DNA of 50,197 bases from Granulicella sp. (GTDB lineage: Bacteria; Acidobacteriota; Terriglobia; Terriglobales; Acidobacteriaceae), in NCBI GenBank assembly GCA_027339965.1, contig DAHWNL010000035.1, positions 1 through 50,197 of the forward strand, read 5' to 3'. A program made the translations under genes and the position numbers. The notes under the pieces are model-generated. The model ran no database searches. It saw nothing but the letters and a program-made list of their open reading frames with translations, and had not been told where the DNA came from. This document shows positions 42,005 to 50,197 of this stretch, piece by piece (the first letter of the stretch is position 1; each line of letters begins with the position of its first letter).

Positions 42005-43354
42005 ATGCTGGATCGTCGGAATTTTCTCAAAGCAGCCAGCCTCGCCACGGCTGAAACTCTGGTGGGGAGCAACCTGCACGCATTAACGCAACCGCAGGAT
42101 GCAACCTCTAGACCCATCGCAGCCAACGACCACATTCAATTTGCACTCATCGGCGCTGGAATCCGTGGGCAGGCCATCACCCAGGTCGCCTTGCAGATCC
42201 CCGGAGCCAAGCTCGTCGCCGTCTCAGATACCTACCAGGGAAGACGCGACCACAGCAAAGAGCTGTGGGGAAACGATATCTTCACCACTGTGGATTACAA
42301 AGAGATCCTAACGCGGAAAGATATTGATGCGGTAGTCATTGCCACTCCTGACCACTGGCACAAGCAAGTTGCCGTGGACGCCATGCATGCGGGCAAGGAT
42401 GTCTACTGTGAAAAGCCCATGATCCATCGCTACTCGGACGGCCCGGAGATGATTGCAGCAGCGCGCGCCACCAATTGCATCCTTCAAATCGGCAGCCAGA
42501 GAGTCAGCAACGTCGCCTACATCAAAGCCAAAGAGCTGCTCGCCGCCGGCGCCATCGGCAAGCTCAACATGGTCACGGCCTGGTGGGACCGCAACTCCGC
42601 TCTTGGCGCCTGGGACTATTCCGTCCCCCTGGATGCTTCCCCGCAAACCTGTGACTGGCCGCAGTTTTTAGGCACTGCGCCGCAGATCCCCTTCAGCGCA
42701 GAGCAGTTCTTCCAATGGCGCAAATGGAAAGCCTACGGATCGGGCGTTGCAGGCGATTTGTTTGTGCATCTCTTCAGTGGCACGCATTTCGTAGCCGGAG
42801 TCCATGGGCCAACCCGCGCCATGGCTACCGGCGGACTCCGCTTCTGGAAAGATGGCCGCAACGTTCCGGATGTCATGGTGGCCTTGTACGACTATCCCGA
42901 AGCTTTCAACCTCAATCTGCGCGTCAATTTCGTCAACGGCGGTTCTGAAAGCGAAGGCCTCATCTTCACCGGCGACGAAGGAACCATGGCAATCTACGGA
43001 AACAGCGTCACCCTTAACAGCACGCCACTTCAAAAGGAGCCCGGCTACACCGTGGAGACCTTCACCTTCGCCATGCAGAAGCAGTTCATTCAGAAGTACC
43101 GTGAAATGTATCCGGTCCGGCATCCTATGGGCGCGCCGCCCATGCGCTCAGAGGTCTACGCGGCGGCCCGCGACTATGACGATGTCTACAGCCATTTCTA
43201 CAACTTCTTCCACTCCGTCCGCACCCGTCAGCCCGTGGTAGAAGACGCTGTCTTCGGCTATCGCGCCGCCGGAGCAGCTCTGCTCAGCAATCTCAGCTAC
43301 TACAGCGGCAAGGTCCAGCATTGGAATCCGGAGACCATGCAACTGGAGGCGTAA
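42005..43354 (+). CDS. Tat-exported Gfo/Idh/MocA family NAD-dependent oxidoreductase
   Basis: DRRNFLK twin-arginine signal, IGAGIRG, IATPDHWH, YCEKP, GDLFVH. Confidence 0.92.
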   Translation: MLDRRNFLKAASLATAETLVGSNLHALTQPQDATSRPIAANDHIQFALIGAGIRGQAITQVALQIPGAKLVAVSDTYQGRRDHSKELWGNDIFTTVDYKEILTRKDIDAVVIATPDHWHKQVAVDAMHAGKDVYCEKPMIHRYSDGPEMIAAARATNCILQIGSQRVSNVAYIKAKELLAAGAIGKLNMVTAWWDRNSALGAWDYSVPLDASPQTCDWPQFLGTAPQIPFSAEQFFQWRKWKAYGSGVAGDLFVHLFSGTHFVAGVHGPTRAMATGGLRFWKDGRNVPDVMVALYDYPEAFNLNLRVNFVNGGSESEGLIFTGDEGTMAIYGNSVTLNSTPLQKEPGYTVETFTFAMQKQFIQKYREMYPVRHPMGAPPMRSEVYAAARDYDDVYSHFYNFFHSVRTRQPVVEDAVFGYRAAGAALLSNLSYYSGKVQHWNPETMQLEA

Positions 43355-43406
43355 TTCGCTCACCAGACTGCAATACGAAGATCAACAAGAGGATAAGGAG
43401 AATGCG

Positions 43407-44774
43407 ATGAAACACCTTGCAGCTTCCATCAGACTCAGTCTCCTCGCCATTGCGTTCGGCGGCGCAGCTCCTGTTCATGCGCAAAGAGTAGAGACGCCGC
43501 GCTTGACCACTCCCGGCAACGGTCCGTATGGCGTTCCCCAGGCCACCTTTCTGGTCCATCGCCTGGGCACAGATCACGCCGAAGGCATCACCACCCTGGA
43601 TATGAACGGGGATGGATACCTGGACCTGCTCAGCGGAGCCTACTGGTACCAGAACCCTGGGCCCAACGGCGGTGTATGGAAACGGCATCAGTATCGCACC
43701 GTCGGCATTCACAATGAATTTGTCTCCGACTCCGGCGAATGGACCGTCGACGTCAATCACGATGGAGCTCCTGACGTCGTTACCTACGGATGGATCTCCA
43801 ATGGCATCTGGTGGTATGAAAATCCAAAGAAGCCCAATGTCATGTGGAAACGCCATTTCATCTGCAACAGTTACGATACGGAAGGCGGATGGATGGGCGA
43901 CCTGAACGGAGACGACAAGCCGGATCTGGTGGTGTCGCACTACAACCACTCTGGCATCATCTGGGTAGATTTCTCCGGACCCCAGCCGGTCTGCCATCGC
44001 GTCGGGCTGGACACCAGCCACGACCAGGGCGTCTCCAATCCAGATGGAATCGTTCATACAGTCTCTCCGGAAAGCCGGGCGCAGGATGGCCACGGGATCG
44101 GCATCGCCGATATCAATGGAGACGGCAAGCCGGACATCCTCACTCCCTACGGATGGTTTGAAAATATTGACGCCAATCACGACAAGTGGAAGTGGCATCC
44201 TGATTGGAACCTCGGCGATGCTGGATTTCCCATCATCGGCTATGACGTCAATAACGACGGCAAGATGGACATCATCTATGGTCAAGGCCACAGTTACGGG
44301 CTCTTCTGGCTGGAGCAGCAAGGTAGCGGATCCAATCGGCATTGGATTCGCCATACCATTGACGAGTCTTTCTCACAAAGCCACGCTCTGGCGATGGCAG
44401 ACGTTGACGGCGATGGTCAACTGGAGCTGATCACCGGCAAGCGCTACCGTGGTCACTCCGGCAACGACCCTGGATCCCACGATCCGTTAGTCGTCTACTA
44501 CTACAAGATCAACCGCAAAACGGCCAGGTTCACCCGTTATGCCATCTTGGTCAACGGCACGGCAGGAGTAGGAACGCAGATCATCACTGCAGACTTCGAT
44601 AAGGATGGCGACCTGGATATCGCAACCGCGGGCAAGTCCGGCGTGCATTACTTTGAGAATCTGATGATCAATCACGTCCCCAAAGCTGAGCGCGAGAAAG
44701 AACTCATCCTCAACCAGAACTGGCCTTTCCCCGGCGAAGGCGCAGAAGTTCCCCAAGAAGACGGACCCAAATAA
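43407..44774 (+). CDS. Secreted FG-GAP/VCBS repeat beta-propeller protein
   Basis: Signal peptide; seven DxNxDGxxD-type loops (DMNGDGYLD, DVNHDGAPD, DLNGDDKPD, DINGDGKPD, DVNNDGKMD, DVDGDGQLE, DFDKDGDLD). Confidence 0.9.
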   Translation: MKHLAASIRLSLLAIAFGGAAPVHAQRVETPRLTTPGNGPYGVPQATFLVHRLGTDHAEGITTLDMNGDGYLDLLSGAYWYQNPGPNGGVWKRHQYRTVGIHNEFVSDSGEWTVDVNHDGAPDVVTYGWISNGIWWYENPKKPNVMWKRHFICNSYDTEGGWMGDLNGDDKPDLVVSHYNHSGIIWVDFSGPQPVCHRVGLDTSHDQGVSNPDGIVHTVSPESRAQDGHGIGIADINGDGKPDILTPYGWFENIDANHDKWKWHPDWNLGDAGFPIIGYDVNNDGKMDIIYGQGHSYGLFWLEQQGSGSNRHWIRHTIDESFSQSHALAMADVDGDGQLELITGKRYRGHSGNDPGSHDPLVVYYYKINRKTARFTRYAILVNGTAGVGTQIITADFDKDGDLDIATAGKSGVHYFENLMINHVPKAEREKELILNQNWPFPGEGAEVPQEDGPK

Positions 44775-44833
44775 CAACCCCAGCCCGCGGCCTCAAGCCG
44801 CATGCGGGCGCGCGACGCTTCACTCACAACGGG

Positions 44834-45126
44834 CGGGTCCGACAGGTTGAAACACTGCTACACGAAGTACGTCCGCAGCACGATCGAGAGACCCACCGGC
44901 TGACGACCGCGGCCTGCCTTCGCATAGTGCGGACGAACCAGGGCTTCCAGCGCAGACCACGGGACAATGCGCTCCATATCATCAAGAAGCAACTCGCGCC
45001 GACTCTTCCGGCCGTACTTCTCAAACGCAGACTGACTCGCCAAGCTCTGCTGCTTCATCGCCCCTCACCTCACAGCTGTGAGATTAATCAATCACAGCAA
45101 GGTCGCAGAACTTGTGCAGAGGTTCC
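44834..45126 (-). pseudogene. IS5-family remnant (left IR plus truncated transposase)
   Basis: IR GGAACCTCTGCACAAGT next to CTAA (45127-45130); MKQQSLA..FEKYGRKSRRE..ME.IVPW from 45058, in-frame stop at 44858-44860, similarity lost after FNLSDP. Confidence 0.82.
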
Positions 45127-45298
45127 CTAAGGAAGATCGACGGCCAAGTCCACCGGCGCCGTCGGAGCGGGCATCCTCTGTGCGAGGCTGCTCCGCGAGA
45201 GCAGGATCGAAGCGGAGAGCCAGAGTGAGGACCGCAGGAGCTTACGTCTCTTCACCGAAGCTGTTCAAGCAGAGGCGCTCTTCAGGATTCGTCGGTAG

Positions 45299-46822
45299 TT
45301 AAGCATAGTAGGGCCAATAGGAGATCTGTGGACGTGGCTCTCCGGCCTGGACCATGCGCTCAATGAGCCGCTCGCGAAGCTGAGCGGTGATCTCCGGCAT
45401 GGACCGATCTCCGACATAGTGCAGCAGCTCTTTGGTGGGGCTTCTCTGGTCAAGGCGGCCGGCCAGGTTGAGCAATTGATAGGGGTCGGCACGGTTGTTA
45501 TAAAGCTGAAAGTCGCGATAGTGGAGGCTGCCCTGATCCTTTGCTGGACGAGCGTCGGGGGCCAGAGCCACATAAGTCCATTCGGGCGTTCGCAAGGCGC
45601 GGGCGGTTTCTGATTCACTGATCTGGACGAGGACATCATTGGGCCAGTCCTCGCGGGCTTGCTCGTCATGTAAGAGGGGGAGGAAGCTCTTGCCCTGCAT
45701 GGAGGAGGGAATGGGCACACCGACGGCATCCAGAATGGTTGGGGTGAGATCGATCATGCTGACGAGTTCGGGAATGAGTTGACGATTGTTGAAGCCGGGG
45801 CCCTGGATCATCAAGGGAACGTGGATGGAGCTTTCATGCGGGCTGCGCTTGTACTCCTGGTTGCGCGTACGGAAGTGGCAGGAATGGTCGCTGGTGAAGA
45901 TGACGATGGTGTTGTCCTCAAGATTCTGTTCTTTCAGCGTCTTCATGATGCGCCCGAAGGATTCATCGATGGCTTTGACGTCGCCGTAGTATTTATCCAG
46001 CTCGTAGGGCCAGTCCCCCGGGAAGAAGCGCAGATCTGGCGGGACATAGGGATTGCGGAATTGTTCGGCATAGCCGTGGGGCGGCGCGAATCCGTATTCA
46101 TCGCCGCCCCAGGGGCCGTTCTGTTGATGGGGTTCCAACTGGGCGATGACGAGCAGGAATGGGTCATCGTGCTTCTGCCGGAGGAAGGATTCTGCCTTTT
46201 CCGTCAAGAATTCAATGCGATGAGTGTCTTTGCCGTAAGGCACGGGGTTGCCGTCGTTATCCCAGAAGTGGCTGTCGTAGGGCAGGGTGCTGATCTCCGG
46301 GGCATTCGCCGCCAGCCAGTAGCCGGTAAATCCGCCGCGGTATTGTGGTGGAACGGCACCGGCTCCAACCGGGTTATTGGGCGCGAGATGCCATTTGCCG
46401 ATGTAATTGGCGGAGTATCCAGCCTTGGTAAGCGCGGTGGCGATGGTATCGGCGTTGGGGTGGAGGCCTGGACCGTTTTTCCATACTCCGGTAGTGGTGG
46501 CGTATTGGCCGGTCATGAGGCAGGAGCGGGAGGGGGAGCACAGTGGCTGATTGGTGATGAAGTTTTGAAAAACTGTGCCACGGCGATACATGGCATCGAG
46601 GTTGGGGGTGCAGTCGGTAGGGTTCTGGCCGGCCGCGCAGACGAAGTCGTAGCGGAACTGGTCGGAGTGAAACAGAACGATGTTCGGTTTTTTTGCAGGC
46701 TTGTCGGAGGGCTGTTGTGCGTCTTGTGCCAATGCCCGGTCATTGGCACTGCTGGCGAGTGCGAGGCCGGTTGCTCCCGCTCCAAGTTGATGGATGAAGT
46801 TTCTCCGTGTGACGGGTTTCAT
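45299..46822 (-). CDS. Tat-exported formylglycine-dependent (S1) sulfatase
   Basis: TRRNFI signal, KPNIVLFHSDQ, CSPSRSCLMTG, GKWHL, TSDH. Confidence 0.93.
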   Translation of the reverse strand: MKPVTRRNFIHQLGAGATGLALASSANDRALAQDAQQPSDKPAKKPNIVLFHSDQFRYDFVCAAGQNPTDCTPNLDAMYRRGTVFQNFITNQPLCSPSRSCLMTGQYATTTGVWKNGPGLHPNADTIATALTKAGYSANYIGKWHLAPNNPVGAGAVPPQYRGGFTGYWLAANAPEISTLPYDSHFWDNDGNPVPYGKDTHRIEFLTEKAESFLRQKHDDPFLLVIAQLEPHQQNGPWGGDEYGFAPPHGYAEQFRNPYVPPDLRFFPGDWPYELDKYYGDVKAIDESFGRIMKTLKEQNLEDNTIVIFTSDHSCHFRTRNQEYKRSPHESSIHVPLMIQGPGFNNRQLIPELVSMIDLTPTILDAVGVPIPSSMQGKSFLPLLHDEQAREDWPNDVLVQISESETARALRTPEWTYVALAPDARPAKDQGSLHYRDFQLYNNRADPYQLLNLAGRLDQRSPTKELLHYVGDRSMPEITAQLRERLIERMVQAGEPRPQISYWPYYA

Positions 46823-47641
46823 GGCAAAGCCTCCGAATGCTTTCGTCAGATGTACTATATACCTATTGGACGAACGGTCGCGAAGCTCCCAGACCTTTCA
46901 GAGATATGGATTCCGTGAGCCCCATCGAGGTTCCGGCGTTCCATAGAATCCTTCCTGTTTCGGTGAGGTTGGGCACGAGAGCGATGCGTGCATCGCTAAA
47001 GCCATTTTGAGGGGACCATCGCTGCTGCTTGCCTTACCCGGCGTCCGTGCCAATTGCGGACAGAGGATGGTTCGGGCCGCCACTCAAAAGCCGGAAGCTG
47101 AGATGATCGTCGCTGAGGAGCCGCACCCGTGGGTTAGAATTGGCTCCTTCCATGAGAATAAAATTTTCCGGAAGGGAAATCCTTGGCGTTGATGTTCGCC
47201 GCGCTACGGATGATGGCTGCAGGCGAGAGTCGTGTGATTGCCAAGGCGTCCCTGACTCGGAGACCGGCTTGGACATCCCCTAGGACCGGACGTCTCCTAT
47301 GTTTGTCAACGAGTTGCCGGCCGGTGACCGCATTCCCAGGGCGGGTTGCCTCTGCTGTTGTTGCAAGGCGAGCCGGCAGGCTCCCGTCGAAACCGCGAGA
47401 ATACTGGGTTAAGTCCATGTCTAGATTTCCCAGAGATGGAGCAATCGTGAAAACCGGGCCGCTTTCGACGACTTGCGTGGACGTGCGCGAGTGGCCGAAA
47501 GCAGCCGTGATCACGGGATCGGCTTGAGTTTTCCTTTGGAAGAAGACTGAACCGGCTTCCACGGAACGGATGCACAAATCGCTTTTTGCGGGATCATCGT
47601 CTCTCAGTCTGCCCCTCAATCTTTTCCTGAGTGCTGCCTGC

Positions 47642-48874
47642 TTAGGTTTTTGACAGACGCAACAGAACGACGCCCCAGGATGGCACCCAGGCAGAATGGG
47701 AATCTCGAATGATTCCAATTTCCTGGTGAGTCCATAGATCGCGCGCCTTGGCCGGCCCGGTCCATCCCAGATCAGTGAGTTCAAACCGGATAGGGGTGTT
47801 CCAGGTGAGGCGGTTGAAGAGCCCCACGGCCAAGTCACCGCCCGAGAGTGGTTTCGCCCAAAGTTCAACAGGACCTTTCTGCCAGACGCGGTCGCCCTGT
47901 TTGCCCAGCGGATCCTGGTTGACGGCGATCACCTCGCGGTTCATAAGAATCCTTCTGGTTGGCTCGGTCATTTTGGTGAGGTCGGTGCTGGCGAGCAAGG
48001 GAGCAGCGAGAATCGCCCAAAGGCTCATCTGGGTCATCTCACCGTTGGGCGACATGCCGCCGTTGCCGACCTGAAGCATGTCTGGATCGTTCCAGCGGCC
48101 GGGGCCGGCGTACTTTGATAGTCCGGCCTGAGAGAAGCCGACTTCGGCCATGGTAATGTAGTCGGGCCGGATGTCGTGCGAGGTCCGCCAAAGATTGCCG
48201 CCAACTTCCGCGCCCCACTCCCAAACGTAGTCGATTCCGTACTGGCAAAGGCTATAGACGATGGGACGGCCAGTTTTCAGCAGTGCCCGGTGCATCCTGG
48301 CATAGGCCTGCTTCATGAGTTCAAACTGTTTCGCCGGATCGTTCGGGGCATCGTGAAGCATGATCTTGCGGAAAGTGCACAGGTCGTACTTCAGGAAGTC
48401 GACTCCCCAGGAGGCAAACGTCTCGGCATCCTGCTCTTCATGGCCATAGCTGGCAGGGTCGCCGCCACAGGTGAACGGGCCGGGGCCCGAATACATCCCG
48501 AACTTTAATCCTCTTGCGTGGATATAGTCGGACAGACCTTTGATATCCGGGAATCTCTCGTTCGGTTGGAGAACGCCATTGGCGTCGCGCTTGCCCTGCC
48601 AGCTTCCATCAATGTTGACGTAGTTGTAGCCGGCATCGCGCATTCCGCTGGACACCATGACATCCGCGGCTGCCCGCACATCCTCCTGAGTGACGTTGCG
48701 GCGGAAGCAGTACCAGCTGTTCCAACCCATGGGAGGTGTGGGCGCCAGAGCGGCAGGCTTTGGCGTATCATTCTCGGCGCTCAAGGCCGGTGGCGTGAGC
48801 GATGCCACGGTCATGCCGAGCGCGGTGGCGCCGGTGCCTTTCAGGAAAGATCTGCGATTCCATCTATTGCCCAA
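47642..48874 (-). CDS. Tat-exported glycoside hydrolase family 27 (alpha-galactosidase-like)
   Basis: NRRSFLK signal, LAPTPPMGWNSW, WGVDFLKYD, WRTSHDI, WNDPDML. Confidence 0.92.
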   Translation of the reverse strand: MGNRWNRRSFLKGTGATALGMTVASLTPPALSAENDTPKPAALAPTPPMGWNSWYCFRRNVTQEDVRAAADVMVSSGMRDAGYNYVNIDGSWQGKRDANGVLQPNERFPDIKGLSDYIHARGLKFGMYSGPGPFTCGGDPASYGHEEQDAETFASWGVDFLKYDLCTFRKIMLHDAPNDPAKQFELMKQAYARMHRALLKTGRPIVYSLCQYGIDYVWEWGAEVGGNLWRTSHDIRPDYITMAEVGFSQAGLSKYAGPGRWNDPDMLQVGNGGMSPNGEMTQMSLWAILAAPLLASTDLTKMTEPTRRILMNREVIAVNQDPLGKQGDRVWQKGPVELWAKPLSGGDLAVGLFNRLTWNTPIRFELTDLGWTGPAKARDLWTHQEIGIIRDSHSAWVPSWGVVLLRLSKT

Positions 48875-49369
48875 GAGGCAACTCCCTTGGCAGCGGTCAT
48901 GAAAGATGGCGCGGAGCGCTGCCTCCGTTGAGATGTTTGTGCCGGCGGATGCAGATGCACACCAATAGATCCAGTTGTTGGATCCCAGTGCGGCAGCGTC
49001 ATCCTCGGAGCCTGCCGCTCCTGAGCGACAGGCGATTCGACTGCAAAGTCAATCGCCACTTCCTACCGCACGGCAGTTCATTTCATTAATGGTAGTTATA
49101 CAGGATTGAGCAGCGGTCGAAGTTGGAATGTGGCCTCGCCCCGCCAGGCGAACATTTCACTTGCGAAGGTCACCGGAGATCCCAAGTGCGAATGACACCC
49201 CGGCCGGCGAGCATGCTGGGATCCTGCCCGCCCGGAGGAAGACGCCCATCGAAGGCTGAAGCATGGGGATGCACCTGCGCGGAAAGCTCAAATTGAGATA
49301 ATACAAGCGTTTGTCTAATAGAGGAGAGGCTGGTTCCAGCCTTGACATGAATTGTGTCGCCGGCTATAG

Positions 49370-50197
49370 GGCGACTCTGATTAAGTTCGTACGTTCCCAC
49401 CGTCCGATGGTTCTAGTTTGCAATCATCGAGGTGAGCGGGGATGGAACAGCAGCAGAGGTTGGCGATGGCGGCAGGATGTGAGAAGTAGGCGAAGGTGAC
49501 GCGTGGTGCAGAGTTTCTTTCGCCGATGGAGATCGTGGTTCCGTGGGGTGAGTTGTGGGCCGAGATCGAGCCGTTTTATCCCAAGGCCGGCAACGGACGC
49601 CCTCCGGTGGGACGGGAGCGGATGCTGCGGATGTACTTGGTGCAACAGTGGTTCAACCTTGCCGACCCGGCCGTGGAAGAGGCGCTGTATGAGTCGGTCA
49701 GCCTGCGTCACTTGGTGGGCATCGAGCTGGGCCGCGAGCCTGTGCCGGACGAGACGACGGTGTGCAAGTTCCGTCATCTGCTGGAGCGGCACGGCCTCGG
49801 TGCGAAGATCTTCGCGCGCGTGAACGGCTACCTGGCAAGCCGCGGCGTGAAGATCGGTACCGGCACTCTCGTCGAGGCGACGCTGATCGAGGCACCCTCG
49901 TCGACCAGGAACAAGGCCCGGCAGCGCGACCCGGAGATGCGCCAGAGCAGGAAGGGCAAGCAGTGGCACTTGGGCATGAAGGCCCATGTGGGCGTGGACG
50001 CCGAGACCAGGCTGGTGCACTCGGTCGCGGCCACCGCAGCCAACGTGCCCGACTGCAAGATGCTGCCCGAGTTGCTGCACGGCAACGAGACCGCGGTGTG
50101 GGGCGACCAGGCTTATCAGGGCCAGGCCGCCGTGCTGGCCCAGCACGCGCCCAAGGCCGAAGACCTGACCTGCCGACGCTGGCGCAGCAAGCTCCAC
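49370..50197 (+). mobile_element. IS5-family element (runs off the window edge)
   Basis: IR GGCGACTCTGATTAAGT at 49370, similar to the IR at 45126; followed by an IS5 transposase frame. Confidence 0.82.
49442..50197 (+). pseudogene. IS5-family transposase pseudogene
   Basis: Hand translation: MEQQQRLAMAAGCEK*AK..VVPW..IEPFYPKAGNGRPP..QQWFNLADP..PDETT..FRHLLE..GMKAHVGVD..WGDQAY; TAG at 49487-49489. Confidence 0.85.

Noticed and set aside
47134..47640. ORFs between the sulfatase and GH27 genes
   Set aside because: No recognisable family on either strand; a decayed gene cannot be excluded.
49424..50197. 257-aa minus-strand ORF
   Set aside because: Shadow of the + strand IS5 transposase frame.

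Overview
High-GC bacterial chromosomal window, most likely Acidobacteriota (Acidobacteriaceae-like), inferred from the Oar-type TonB receptor, tricorn protease, short PheT and gene style. About 1-35 kb is mostly housekeeping and envelope genes: GT2, tricorn S41 protease, mnmG, YceH-like, fabD, HAD-UbiA fusion, pheST-zapB-like-zapA, TPR-TlpA, hisS-aspS, rhomboid-like, LysW-like, dinB, two GT-C-type membrane proteins, gluQ, S9 peptidase, icd and a GH3 glycosidase. About 36-50 kb is an accessory glycan-utilisation-like region (TonB receptor, Tat Gfo/Idh/MocA, FG-GAP protein, Tat sulfatase, Tat GH27) containing decayed IS elements (IS256, IS1202/ISNCY, IS3, IS21, two IS5); an IS630 runs off the left edge. 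The most notable unexplained signal is a ~113-nt non-coding element present twice (16831-16943 and 35796-35907, 88/113 identical by hand alignment) that folds into a conserved rod, a candidate unannotated ncRNA. Other points of interest: an orphan LysW-like carrier protein, a rhomboid lacking catalytic residues, a GH27 with an altered DD motif next to a sulfatase, a probable SOS box on a leaderless dinB, and an IS256 end-to-end junction split by a mini-IS1202. No rRNA, tRNA or CRISPR array was recognised. All calls are by eye, without database searches.
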